59,352 bases of DNA from Thermoplasmata archaeon (GTDB lineage: Archaea > Thermoplasmatota > E2 > JACPAO01 > JAHFTW01). The notes beneath the pieces are model-generated. The model saw only the letters and a list, made by a program, of their open reading frames with translations, was not told the DNA's origin and ran no database searches. Made by a program: the position numbers and the translations under genes. Positions 37,382-47,690 of the stretch are shown piece after piece; position 1 is the stretch's first letter, and every line of letters starts with the position of its first letter. The stretch spans positions 1 through 59,352 of the forward strand of contig JAXDQP010000023.1 in assembly GCA_034667745.1 (NCBI GenBank), in the 5' to 3' direction.

Positions 37382-37771
37382 CTAGCTGTCTGCGACGGGC
37401 TCGATGAAGTGCAGGGCCACGCGCTGGCCGCCGACGTCTAGGGGCACGAGGACGACGTCCGTGTCCACGGGCTTGCCGTCCTTGCGCTTCCACGTCACCG
37501 GGATCGCGCACCCCGCGCCGTTCTGGATGGCGTCCTGGTAGGCGTCCACGAGCGTCTCCTGGGAATCGGGCTGCACGAAGGCGGTGGGAAAGCTGGTGGT
37601 CACGGCGGCCCACGCCTCGGGCGAGGGGTATCCCAGGAGGTCGGACATGCGGCGGTTGCACACCTTGTGGTGGTCGTCGAGGTAGGCGTACATCGCCTGC
37701 GCCGAGGTCTTGAACAGGGCTCCAAGCTGGTCGTTGAGGCTCCGCAGGATGTGGTCGGTCTGGGCTTGCAT
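37382..37771 (-). CDS. Stand-alone PAS-domain protein
   Basis: CNRRMSDLLGY, FVQPDS, WKRKDGK PAS/PAC pattern. Confidence 0.75.
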   Translation of the reverse strand: MQAQTDHILRSLNDQLGALFKTSAQAMYAYLDDHHKVCNRRMSDLLGYPSPEAWAAVTTSFPTAFVQPDSQETLVDAYQDAIQNGAGCAIPVTWKRKDGKPVDTDVVLVPLDVGGQRVALHFIEPVADS

Positions 37772-37851
37772 GGAAGGGACCCGGGCAGGATTGAGGGCCC
37801 GCTACATCACCGTGTGGGCTCGTGCGGTCCCGGCGGCGCAGCGCTTGGCCC

Positions 37852-39024
37852 TCAGAGGCCCGACTGGTAGGCCGCCAGGCGCTCCAGGCCCTCGGCGATG
37901 CGCTCGCGGCTCGTGGCGTAGCTGAAGCGGAGGTGGCCCTGGCCGCGCGCGCCGAAGCTGCTGCCGGCGGTGACCGCGATGTTGGCCTGCTCCAGGAGGC
38001 CGAGCGCCAGCTCCTCGTCGCGCAGGTTGCCCCAGTCGCGGCGGTCGAAGCGCGGGAAGACGTAGAACGCCCCCATCGGCTCGGGGCAGGTGACGCCGGG
38101 CAGGCGGCGCAGCCCCGCGACGATGAGGTCGCGGCGCGCCTGGAACTCCGCCTTCATCGCCGCGATGGAGCCCTGCGGCCCCTGCAGCGCCGCGACGGCG
38201 CCGTACTGCGCGAAGCTCGTGATGTGGGTGAGGCTGTGGCTCTGCAGCCGGTCGATGGCGCCGAAGGCGGGGCCGGGCGCGATGGCCCACCCCATGCGCC
38301 AGCCCGTCATCGCGAACGACTTGGAGAGGCCGTCGACGGTGATGGTGCGCTCGAGGGCGCCGGGGAGGGCGGCGGGGCTGAGCGCCTCGCCCTCGTACTG
38401 CAGGTGGCGGTAGATCTCGTCGCTGATGACCCAGAGGTCGTGGTCGACCGCCAGCTCGACGATGCCGCGCACGTCGGCGTGGGTGTTGACGCCGCCGGTC
38501 GGGTTGCTGGGGCTGTTGAGGATGATGGCCTTGCTGCGCGGCGTGATGGCCTGCGCCACCGCGTCCGGCGTCATGCGGAAACCGGCTTCGTCGTCCAGCG
38601 GCACCGGCGTGGGGTTGGCGTGCGCCCAGCGAATCATCGGCTCGTAGCTGACCCACGCCGGGTCGGGCAGCAGGACGTCGTCGCCGTGGTCGGCGATGGC
38701 GAGGAGGCTGTAGAGGACCGCCTGCTTGGCGGGCGCGACGAGGACGTTCTTGGCCTCGCACGGGATGCCCTGCTCGCGCTGCGCGGTGGCGGCGATGGCC
38801 TTGCGCAGCTCCGGGATGCCGGCGCCCGGCGTGTACTTCGTCTTCCCGGCGTCGAGCGCGTCCTTGGCCGCCTGCTTCACGTGCTCCGGGGTGTCGAAGT
38901 CGGGCTCCCCCACGCTGAAGCTGATGACGTCGACGCCGGCCGCCTTCTTCTGCGCCACGAGGTTGTTCATGGCGATGGTCGCGGAGCCGACGATGCGGCC
39001 CATGCGGGGGCTCAGGCGGGGCAC
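37852..39024 (-). CDS. Class I/II PLP aminotransferase (aspartate aminotransferase-like)
   Basis: GEPDFDTP, NSPSNPTG, SDEIY, SKSFAMTGWRMG, GAFYVFP. Confidence 0.95.
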   Translation of the reverse strand: MPRLSPRMGRIVGSATIAMNNLVAQKKAAGVDVISFSVGEPDFDTPEHVKQAAKDALDAGKTKYTPGAGIPELRKAIAATAQREQGIPCEAKNVLVAPAKQAVLYSLLAIADHGDDVLLPDPAWVSYEPMIRWAHANPTPVPLDDEAGFRMTPDAVAQAITPRSKAIILNSPSNPTGGVNTHADVRGIVELAVDHDLWVISDEIYRHLQYEGEALSPAALPGALERTITVDGLSKSFAMTGWRMGWAIAPGPAFGAIDRLQSHSLTHITSFAQYGAVAALQGPQGSIAAMKAEFQARRDLIVAGLRRLPGVTCPEPMGAFYVFPRFDRRDWGNLRDEELALGLLEQANIAVTAGSSFGARGQGHLRFSYATSRERIAEGLERLAAYQSGL

Positions 39025-39144
39025 ACGCCGGGCACCCCGGACCGGCTCATGAAGGGTTCCACCGCGCGCGGGCCCAAGGAGCCGCACGCGCCGCCAAAAA
39101 AGGGGTTGAGAAGGAGGGGAAGTGAAGGGGAAGGGGCCCGCGGC

Positions 39145-41280
39145 TCAGAGCAGGTGCGTCGTCGCGATGAGGCCGGCGAAGAGCAGGCTCACCGTGTTGA
39201 TGACCTTGATGAGGGCGTTGATGGAGGGGCCCGCGGTGTCCTTGTAGGGGTCGCCGACGGTGTCGCCCACCACGGCCGCGGCGTGGGCGGGGGAGCCCTT
39301 GCCGCCGTGGTTGCCCTTCTCGATGAACTTCTTGGCGTTGTCCCACGCGCCGCCGCCGTTCGACATGGCGAGGGCGAGCATGAGGCCGGACACCAGGACG
39401 CCGATGAGCAGGCCGCCGAGGGCGAGGGGGCCCCAGACGAAGCCGACGATGAGCGGCGCGGCGACGGCGGTGATGCCGGGCAGGGCCATCTCCTTGAGGG
39501 CGGCCTTGGTGACGATGTCGACGCAGGCGGCGTAGTCGGGCTTCGCGGTGCCCTCCATGATGCCCTTGATCTCGCGGAACTGGCGGCGCACCTCGGTGAT
39601 GATGCTGCCGGCGGCCTTGCCCACCGCCTCCATGAGGAAGCTGGAGAACAGGAAGGGCAGCATGCCGCCAATCAGCAGGCCGAGCAGGATGCGGGGCGCG
39701 TCGGGGCCGTTGAGGTCGAAGACGAGGGGGGCGCCGCCGACGCTCTCCGCCGCGATGCGGTGGGTGTAGTCGGCGAAGAGCGCCAGGGCGGCCAGCGCGG
39801 CCGAGCCGATGGCGTACCCCTTGGTGACGGCCTTGGTGGTGTTGCCAACCGCGTCGAGCGCGTCGGTCGTCTTGCGGACGTCCTCGGGCTGGTGGCTCAT
39901 CTCCGCGATGCCGCCGGCGTTGTCGGTGATGGGGCCGTAGGTGTCCATCGCGACGATCATGCCGGTGACCGAGAGCATGGCGACCGCCGCGATGGCGATG
40001 CCGTACAGCCCGGCCAGGTTGAAGGCGGCGAACATCGCGACCGCGATGACCAGGACGGTGCCGAAGGTGGACTGCATGCCGACCGCGAGGCCGGAGATGA
40101 GGTTCGTGGCCGGGCCGGTGACCGACGCCTTGGCGATGCGGCGCACCGGCGCGTACTGGGTCGCCGTGTAGTACTCGGTGATGAACATCATCAGCACCAT
40201 GACGGCCATGCCGACCAGGCTGGCGTAGAACAGGTTCATCGGGGTGACGCCGGGGCCGAAGTTGCCGTTGTAGACAGCGAAGCTGAAGCCCTTGGGGAAC
40301 ACCTGGTTGGTGACGATGTAGAAGCCCACGGCGGCGATGGCGGCCGAGGCGTAGACGCCCTTGTAGAGCGCGCCCATGATGGACTGGCTCTTGCCCAGGC
40401 GGACGAAGAAGATGCCCGCGATGGAGGCCACGATGGCCACCGCGCACAGCATCAGCGGGTACTCGACGAGCCGGTGGTCGCCGGCGGCCCACGCGCCCTT
40501 GCTGAACAGGAAGCCCAGGAAGATGGCGGCGATGGCGGTGACGGCGTAGGTCTCGAACAGGTCGGCGCCCATGCCGGCGCAGTCGCCCACGTTGTCGCCC
40601 ACGTTGTCCGCGATGACGGCCGGGTTGCGCGGGTCGTCCTCGGGGATGCCCGCCTCGACCTTGCCCACCAGGTCGGCGCCGACGTCGGCGGCCTTGGTGT
40701 AGATGCCGCCGCCCACGCGGGCGAACAGCGAAATGAGCGAGGCGCCGAAGGCGAAGCCGATGAGCGGCGTCACGGGGTCGGCCACGAGGGCGAGGTTGGA
40801 GCCGTTCGCGAAGTAGTAGAAGAAGCCCGAGACGCCCAGCAGCGCGAGGCCCGCCACCGCGAGGCCGGCGACGGCGCCGCCGCGGAAGGCGAGGCGGAGC
40901 GCGGGGCCGAGGCCGCCCTTGGCGGCGTGCGCGACGCGGACGTTGCTGCGCACCGAGATGAACATCCCGATGTAGCCGGCGAGCGCGGAGAAGCCGGCGC
41001 CGACGGCGAAGCCGACGGTGGTCCAGATCCACTGCGTCTGCTCGGCGGCGGTGTTGCGGGTGTAGGTGACGCCCAGCAGGACGGCCAGGATGGCGACCGC
41101 CGCGATGGCGATGGTGCGGTACTGGCGGTTCATGAAGGCCATGGCGCCTTCGCGGACGGCATCCGAGATCTCGACCATGCGGGCCTCGCCCGTCTTGGCC
41201 TTCAGGATGCTCTGCACGAGGAGGGCGGCGGCGGCGAGGGCCAACAGGCCGGCCACGGGGGCAAGCACGAGGGGAATCAT
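39145..41280 (-). CDS. hppA: Membrane-bound H+-translocating pyrophosphatase, K+-independent type
   Basis: [33 protein letters not shown]; GNTTKA (Lys at the K+-dependence position). Confidence 0.97.
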   Translation of the reverse strand: MIPLVLAPVAGLLALAAAALLVQSILKAKTGEARMVEISDAVREGAMAFMNRQYRTIAIAAVAILAVLLGVTYTRNTAAEQTQWIWTTVGFAVGAGFSALAGYIGMFISVRSNVRVAHAAKGGLGPALRLAFRGGAVAGLAVAGLALLGVSGFFYYFANGSNLALVADPVTPLIGFAFGASLISLFARVGGGIYTKAADVGADLVGKVEAGIPEDDPRNPAVIADNVGDNVGDCAGMGADLFETYAVTAIAAIFLGFLFSKGAWAAGDHRLVEYPLMLCAVAIVASIAGIFFVRLGKSQSIMGALYKGVYASAAIAAVGFYIVTNQVFPKGFSFAVYNGNFGPGVTPMNLFYASLVGMAVMVLMMFITEYYTATQYAPVRRIAKASVTGPATNLISGLAVGMQSTFGTVLVIAVAMFAAFNLAGLYGIAIAAVAMLSVTGMIVAMDTYGPITDNAGGIAEMSHQPEDVRKTTDALDAVGNTTKAVTKGYAIGSAALAALALFADYTHRIAAESVGGAPLVFDLNGPDAPRILLGLLIGGMLPFLFSSFLMEAVGKAAGSIITEVRRQFREIKGIMEGTAKPDYAACVDIVTKAALKEMALPGITAVAAPLIVGFVWGPLALGGLLIGVLVSGLMLALAMSNGGGAWDNAKKFIEKGNHGGKGSPAHAAAVVGDTVGDPYKDTAGPSINALIKVINTVSLLFAGLIATTHLL

Positions 41281-41366
41281 GGGGGGTTGCTCCGGAGGGG
41301 AGATGACGGCGAAGGGGAAGGCGGGAGGAGGAAGGAAGAGGAAGGGTTGGGGAGAGTGCGGGCCGG

Positions 41367-42017
41367 CTAGAGGCTGGCCTCGAAGTCGTCGACGGTCTTG
41401 CCGAAGGCCGAGCGGTCCTTCAGCTCGCCGCGCGCGGCCAGGATCTCGCGGGCCAGGAGCCAGTAGACCAGCGCCAGGCTGCGGCGGCCCTTGTTGTTGG
41501 CCGGGATGACCGCGTCGAGGTTCTTGACCTCGTTGTTGGAGTCGCACAGGCCGATGATGGGGACCTTGATGTTCAGGGCCTCGCGCAGCGCCTGGGCGTC
41601 GCCGAGGGGGTCGGTCAGCACCAGGATCTCGGGCTCCATGAAGTTGGGCGTGAGCGGGTTGGTGAGGCTGCCCGGCATGAAGCGGCCCGCGATGGCGGTG
41701 GCGCCCACGGCCATGGCGGCCTCCTTGACCGGCTTCTGGCCGTACTGGCGCTGGCTCACGAAGAGGATGCGCTTGGGGTCGTACTTGGCCAGCTTCTCGG
41801 CCGCCGCGCGGATGGCGGCGTCGGTCTTCGCGACGTCCAGGACGAACAGGCCGTCGTTGCGGACGCGGAAGATGTACGGCTTCATGTCGGCCGTCTTGTG
41901 CTGGGTGCCGATGTGGACACCCGAGGTCAGGTACTCGTCCTCGGGGACCAGAAGCTCGGTGCCCGGGGGCGCGCTGGAGGCGCTCTGCTGGGGCTCGAGG
42001 AAGGTTTCGTCGCTCAC
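41367..42017 (-). CDS. rps2: 30S ribosomal protein uS2 (archaeal type)
   Basis: [44 protein letters not shown]; GTGA overlap with rpoK. Confidence 0.97.
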   Translation of the reverse strand: MSDETFLEPQQSASSAPPGTELLVPEDEYLTSGVHIGTQHKTADMKPYIFRVRNDGLFVLDVAKTDAAIRAAAEKLAKYDPKRILFVSQRQYGQKPVKEAAMAVGATAIAGRFMPGSLTNPLTPNFMEPEILVLTDPLGDAQALREALNIKVPIIGLCDSNNEVKNLDAVIPANNKGRRSLALVYWLLAREILAARGELKDRSAFGKTVDDFEASL

Positions 42018-42235
42018 TGTTTCACCTGGTGGGTCGCGTTGCGCTTGACGGTGAGGGGGATGGCGTTGGCCTCGTACTCCAGCATCGAGACGCGCACGGG
42101 GTTGCGGACGTCCGCCGGGATCTCGATGAGGGGCGGCGCCCCCATGGAGAGCTGCAGAGCGCGGGCGCCCACGATGCGGGCCTTCTCGAAGCGGGTGTAG
42201 TCCAACGGAGTCACCTTCACCGGGGATGCGAACAC
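42014..42235 (-). CDS. rpoK: DNA-directed RNA polymerase subunit K (Rpo6)
   Basis: [22 protein letters not shown]...IPLTV; TTTATAT box at about 42267-42273; start uncertain. Confidence 0.95.
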   Translation of the reverse strand: MFASPVKVTPLDYTRFEKARIVGARALQLSMGAPPLIEIPADVRNPVRVSMLEYEANAIPLTVKRNATHQVKQ

Positions 42236-42487
42236 CCCTGGCGTCGGTGCGGGGACGGGGGGATGGATATAAACGGTTGCCCTGCGCCGGAAGCGGACGC
42301 TGTCTAGGGAAAACGGGAGTCGTCGCCGCGCCGGGGACCAAGCCGCCCCGCGCCGCCATGCCGCCTGCGCGGCATCTGCTCCTTGGCCGACGCAAGCGCG
42401 CCGCGATATTTGAGGTTCTGGGAGCGGCGAGAAACTGAGGGGAAAAGGAGGAAGGAGGGAAAGACGCTGGAGCGTGCCTCACAACGC

Positions 42488-42958
42488 TTACTTGGCGCCC
42501 CAGAACCCGATGGGGACGCCGCCGGGCGCCTGCACGATGGCAATCCAGCCCATGCCGCCGGGAATCTCGTCGGGCGGGAACATCTCCGTGGCGCCGGCCT
42601 TGAGCGCGTTCGCGTAGGCGGCCTTGATGTCGGCGACCTCGGCGTAGGGGATGGAGCCGGGGCCCTCGGGCGGGTTGTTGTTGCGGATGCCGCCGCCGAC
42701 GTTGTCGCCGAAGCTCCACATGTGGTAGTCGCCGTTCGGGGTCGGCATGGAGGGCCCGAACTTCCAGCCCAGCACCTTCTGGCACCACGCCTTGGTGGCG
42801 GCGGGGTCGCGGCTGGCCAGCTCGGTGTGCGCGATGAAGCCGGGCCGGACCTGGCGGGCGCGGGACGCGGCCTTCTTGGAGGATGGTGCGCTCTTGCTGG
42901 AGGCCTTCTTGGCGGCCTTCCTGGAGGTGCTGGACTTCTTCGCGGTCTTCTTCGCCAT
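42488..42958 (-). CDS. VOC/glyoxalase-family protein with N-terminal Lys/Ser/Ala-rich tail
   Basis: [34 protein letters not shown]; [10 protein letters not shown]... extension. Confidence 0.88.
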   Translation of the reverse strand: MAKKTAKKSSTSRKAAKKASSKSAPSSKKAASRARQVRPGFIAHTELASRDPAATKAWCQKVLGWKFGPSMPTPNGDYHMWSFGDNVGGGIRNNNPPEGPGSIPYAEVADIKAAYANALKAGATEMFPPDEIPGGMGWIAIVQAPGGVPIGFWGAK

Positions 42959-43023
42959 GTCGTCGCCTTGCCGGGGTCGGCGGCGGCGCAGCCGGCGGGG
43001 CGTTGAAATCGCCTTGGGTGTGG

Positions 43024-43740
<717 letters not shown>

Positions 43741-43741
43741 G

Positions 43742-45046
43742 TCACTCCCCCCGCAGCGTCTCGGCGGGACGCACCTTGGAGATGAGGTAGGCGGGCACGG
43801 TGCTGCCGAGCACCGCGATGGCGAGGACGGCGCCGAGGCCCAGCAGGAGCAGCATCGGGTCGGCGTGCGTCGTCAGGGTCGTGGCCTGCGCGATGCCGCC
43901 GATGCCGCCGCCCCCGCCGAAGCCTCCGCCGCCGAAGCCGCCGCGCCCCGCGCCCGTGGCAGTGTTGGTGGAGACGAGCGCGCGCAGGACGGCGTCGCTG
44001 GCCCACAGCCCGACGAGGGCGCCGAAGGCGGTGGCCAGGGCGGTGAGGGTGACCGACTCGGCGACGAACTGCAGCACGACGCGGCCGTTGGCGGCGCCCA
44101 GCGACTTGAGGACGCCAATCTCGCGGCGGCGCTCGCGCACGACGAGGACCATGGCGAGCAGGAGGATGGCGGCGGCCGCGCCGACGGCGCCCAGCAGGCT
44201 GTAGAGCGAGATGTCGGCCACCGTCTGGAGCGGCGCGAGGGCGGCGGCGATGCGGTCCTCGGGGTTGATGACGCGCGCCGCGCCGCCCAAGCTGGCCTGG
44301 AGGGCGGTGGCGACGGCAGGCACGTTGGCCGCGGAGTCCGCGTACACCAGGACCTGCGAGACCTCGCCGGTGCGGTTGGCGATGGCCTGCAGCGCCTGGA
44401 TGGGGAACAGGACGGCGCGGTTGGTGAACTGGTTTCCGGCGTCGAACACGCCCGCCACCGTGATGGGCGCGCCGAACGCGGTGAAGGTGGAGCCCGGCGC
44501 GAGGCTGTTGTTGTCGGCCACGCCCTTCCCGACGAGCGCGACGCGGTCGGCGCCGGCCGGGTCGAAGAGGGCGCCGGACGTGAGCGTGAAGGTGCCGCCG
44601 CCGAGGGCCTGCGAGACGGTCAGGTCGCTCGCCCCGATGGCGGTCAGCGGCGGGTTGAAGCGCCCCTGCCCGCCCCGGCCGCCGGGTCCGCCGACCGGCC
44701 CCCCGGTGAACGCGGGCGCCTTGAGCGAGGTCTGGGCCGTGTCCATGCGGACGGTGAGGACCTGCACCGCCTTCGCCACGTGCGGCGTGGCCAGGATGGT
44801 GGTGAGGTTGGACTGGCTGAGCGGCTGGTTCGTGTCGGGCCCGCCGCCGAAGCCGGTGTCCGCGGGCGAGACCTGGATGGCGGTGACGGCGTCGGAGGTG
44901 ACGGCGTCGATGCGGCCCTGCACGGCGCCGTGCGCCAGCAGCATGCAGAGGGCCAGCGCGATGGCCAGCCCGAGAATCAGCGTCACTCCCATCGTCCGCC
45001 CGCCGTTGCGGAAGGCGTTGCGGCCCCCGCGCCCAATCGCGCTCAC
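43742..45046 (-). CDS. FtsX/MacB-like ABC permease
   Basis: RNAFRN, extracellular domain, VRERRREIGVLKSLGA, PAYLISKVRPAETLR. Confidence 0.92.
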   Translation of the reverse strand: MSAIGRGGRNAFRNGGRTMGVTLILGLAIALALCMLLAHGAVQGRIDAVTSDAVTAIQVSPADTGFGGGPDTNQPLSQSNLTTILATPHVAKAVQVLTVRMDTAQTSLKAPAFTGGPVGGPGGRGGQGRFNPPLTAIGASDLTVSQALGGGTFTLTSGALFDPAGADRVALVGKGVADNNSLAPGSTFTAFGAPITVAGVFDAGNQFTNRAVLFPIQALQAIANRTGEVSQVLVYADSAANVPAVATALQASLGGAARVINPEDRIAAALAPLQTVADISLYSLLGAVGAAAAILLLAMVLVVRERRREIGVLKSLGAANGRVVLQFVAESVTLTALATAFGALVGLWASDAVLRALVSTNTATGAGRGGFGGGGFGGGGGIGGIAQATTLTTHADPMLLLLGLGAVLAIAVLGSTVPAYLISKVRPAETLRGE

Positions 45047-45092
45047 AGGCGAGCCACGCCCGGGTTCCTTCTCAAGGCTTCGAACAAATCCT

Positions 45093-45371
45093 CTAGAGGT
45101 GGATTCCAAAGTCCTGCATCGCGCGGTCGACGCGGCGCAGTTCCTCGAGCGCCAAGGCGCCGCGCTGGGTGAGGGTCCACGCCGAGCGGTCGCCGTCGGA
45201 GGTGCCCTGCACCAGGCCGTTGGCTTCGAACTCGGCGAGGTGCTCCTGGACACGGCCGTGCGTGAGGTTGGCGACGCTGGTGAGGCGCGTCACGCCGACG
45301 GGGCCCTCGCGCTGGAGCGTCGCAAGGATTTCCATGACGACGCGGCCCCGCGAGCGGTACGCCTTGGCCAT
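45093..45371 (-). CDS. Archaeal winged-helix transcriptional regulator
   Basis: RSR..VVMEIL, TRL..VANL, L..NGLV, LTQRG pattern; 1 nt after the upstream stop. Confidence 0.85.
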   Translation of the reverse strand: MAKAYRSRGRVVMEILATLQREGPVGVTRLTSVANLTHGRVQEHLAEFEANGLVQGTSDGDRSAWTLTQRGALALEELRRVDRAMQDFGIHL

Positions 45372-45372
45372 C

Positions 45373-46068
45373 TTACTTCGTCCCCGGGAGCGCCTGCACC
45401 AGGAGGACGATGCCGACCAGGCCGAGGATGTCGCCGATGCCGCTGCGGCCCATGCCGGGCTGGTGGGAGAGGAAGAACAGGAAGTGGCCCACGAAGAAGA
45501 GCAGGAACCCGAGCGCGACCTGGACGGCCCCGGCGCTGCGGCGCTCGACGTGGTTGATGAAGGCGCGGCAGGCGAGGTAGAGGGTGAGGCCCGCCTCCAG
45601 CGCGAGCATCAGCGGCACGAGGCTGCCGAGGAGGGCGAAGGGCGAGAACGCGAGGGCGGGCGCGAGGGTGGCGACCGCCTCGGTGGGCGGGCGGCGGTGC
45701 CCGAAGGCCCACACCGCGACGACGAGGCTGGCGAGCATCGCGGCGTGCGCGCCGGCGAGGAGGATGTTGACGCGCTCGGTGCCCTCGGGCCGCAGGAAGC
45801 CGCGGTCGAAGGGCGGCCGGGTGCCGTTGAGGCCGTGGTCGCGCGCCGCGTCGCCGAACGGGGCCGGGGTGCCGGAGGCGGCGCCCACCTGCCAGACGGC
45901 CTGGAGGACCAAGGCGACCGCGAACAGCGCGAAGAACCACGCGAGGGCGGTCAGGCGCCGGTCGCTGGCGAAGCGCTGCAGGCGGACGCAGCGCACGGCG
46001 CCGTACACCGCCGCGCCTGCGGCGGCGAGCTGCACCAGCGCGCCCGCGACCTGGTTCCCGTCGAGCAC
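45373..46068 (-). CDS. Multi-pass membrane protein (about 6-7 TM)
   Basis: Hydrophobic helices in two similar halves; coupled to the HTH gene. Confidence 0.75.
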   Translation of the reverse strand: MLDGNQVAGALVQLAAAGAAVYGAVRCVRLQRFASDRRLTALAWFFALFAVALVLQAVWQVGAASGTPAPFGDAARDHGLNGTRPPFDRGFLRPEGTERVNILLAGAHAAMLASLVVAVWAFGHRRPPTEAVATLAPALAFSPFALLGSLVPLMLALEAGLTLYLACRAFINHVERRSAGAVQVALGFLLFFVGHFLFFLSHQPGMGRSGIGDILGLVGIVLLVQALPGTK

Positions 46069-46286
46069 GGCTCCACAATCCAGGCGCCCGTATATTTACG
46101 GCTCATGGACGAATCCTCTGGGCCGTGCCGGAGGCTCCGCTTTCTGCGAATTGGGATTGAAGGGCCCCGAAGGCGAACCTGTTGGGGCCCAGCGAGCGGT
46201 CCAGGAAAAGGGGAGCCGCCCGGGCCGGAGTTCATCCCGGCAGCCTTGGCATGGCGCGGCCCGCCTTGAAGCTTCAGGTCCGCGTG

Positions 46287-47258
46287 CTACGTGAAGGTGA
46301 ACAGCACCACGAGGTCCTGGAAGTCCGCGGCCGGCAGGGTGACGTCGGGCGAGAACTCGAAGAGCAGGATGGCCTGGTTGGCCTGCAGCACGATTTCCTT
46401 GGTCTGGGTGTCCACGTAGGGCGCCAGGAAGGTCGCGAGCGGCGCCTGGCCGCCGAAGGCCGCCTTGTTGGGGGCGGAGTCGCCGTCCTTGAGCACCATC
46501 ACGTGCGGGTCGCCGCTGAGCGAGTCGTAGAGGGCGTTGAAGGTGCCATAGCTCGCCAGCGCCTGCATGCCGATGCGGGGCCCGGCCGAGAGGCCCGTCA
46601 TGACCAGGTCGTCGCCCGCCACGACGGAGTGGCCGCTGAACAGGACCTCGTAGGTGTCGCCGCCGTCCATCGAGAGCTTGGTGGTGATGGGGATGGCGGG
46701 GCCGCCGGCGCCGTAGGTGAGCGAGGTGCCGATGATGTCGGCGCGCACGTTGGAGGCGTCCAGCAGGTCGAGGCCGCCGCCGGGGGCGATGCCGAACACC
46801 GGCGACTGCGAGATGGGCGGCGAGGTGAGGGGCGGGAAGGAGAAGACGACGTCCTTGGCGGTGGCGACCTTGGCCTCCACCTGCTTGACGTTGGGGATGA
46901 GGCAGGGGGGCGGGCCGGCGAGGCAGATGGTCTCGCCCGCGTGCCACACCTTGCCGTCCTTCAGCTGCGGCGCGAGGTCGGCGAGGGGGCGGGTCTGCGG
47001 CACGCCGTCGAGGACCAGCAGGAGCCTGCCGTCGGCGAGCGGGATGTCGTCGGGGCCGAGCGCCTTGATGGTGTAGGCGCCGCCCTGGAACTGCGAGGTG
47101 CCGGAGGCCTGCACGGGCTTGTGGTGCTGGCTGGCGATGGGGCTGACGGACATCCAGACGACGGCCGCGAGGCCAGCGGTGATGCCGAGGAGAATGGCGA
47201 TTCCCGCGACGGCGGAGACGGCCGAATCGTGGGAGCGCATGGAGATGCGGCCCAACAT
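46287..47258 (-). CDS. Large pilin-like protein (class III signal) with C-terminal acidic DUF4114-like domain
   Basis: DSAVSAVAGIAILLGITAGLAAVVW; C-terminal LFE....DFQDLVV. Confidence 0.7.
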   Translation of the reverse strand: MLGRISMRSHDSAVSAVAGIAILLGITAGLAAVVWMSVSPIASQHHKPVQASGTSQFQGGAYTIKALGPDDIPLADGRLLLVLDGVPQTRPLADLAPQLKDGKVWHAGETICLAGPPPCLIPNVKQVEAKVATAKDVVFSFPPLTSPPISQSPVFGIAPGGGLDLLDASNVRADIIGTSLTYGAGGPAIPITTKLSMDGGDTYEVLFSGHSVVAGDDLVMTGLSAGPRIGMQALASYGTFNALYDSLSGDPHVMVLKDGDSAPNKAAFGGQAPLATFLAPYVDTQTKEIVLQANQAILLFEFSPDVTLPAADFQDLVVLFTFT

Positions 47259-47330
47259 GGTTGTCCGTGTCGTTGGACGTTGTATTTAGTCCCGTGCCGG
47301 AGCCTTAAGAATAGAGGCGGGGGCCCTTTA

Positions 47331-47609
47331 TCAGGACGCCGCGCCGAGCAGGCCCTCGAGGCCGCGCGGCACCTTGTTCTTCTTGAGGGAGTCGCGCACG
47401 CCCTTCAGGTCGGGGCCGGCCTGGAAGAAGCGCTTGGGGCTTTGGTAATCGAGGGCGCCGGCGCGGCGGAGGTAGCCGTCCAGGTGGGGAATCTTCTGCT
47501 GCTCGACGTAGGCGGTCATCTCCTTGAGGGGGATGGTGCCCTGGGCGAAGCGCTCCTCCAGCTCATTGAGGATCTTGACGAGGCGCTTGGAGAGTTCCGG
47601 GTCGGCCAT
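47331..47609 (-). CDS. Hypothetical protein (92 aa)
   Basis: Typical codon usage; strong TATA region about 25 nt upstream. Confidence 0.75.
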   Translation of the reverse strand: MADPELSKRLVKILNELEERFAQGTIPLKEMTAYVEQQKIPHLDGYLRRAGALDYQSPKRFFQAGPDLKGVRDSLKKNKVPRGLEGLLGAAS

Positions 47610-47630
47610 GCCGGGGGCAATACGGGGGAC

Positions 47631-47646
47631 TTTTAATATTTATATC
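47631..47646. promoter_or_regulatory. AT-rich divergent promoter TTTTAATATTTATAT
   Basis: AT island between divergent genes in very GC-rich DNA. Confidence 0.6.
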
Positions 47647-47690
47647 CCTGTGCGAGCAACGGCCCAGGGGACCCTCTTCTGGGCCAGGGG

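Noticed and set aside
37822-41370. 1182-aa plus-strand ORF and many other long ORFs in the track
   Set aside because: Antisense or alternate-frame shadows of real genes (hppA, aminotransferase, etc.), expected in very GC-rich DNA
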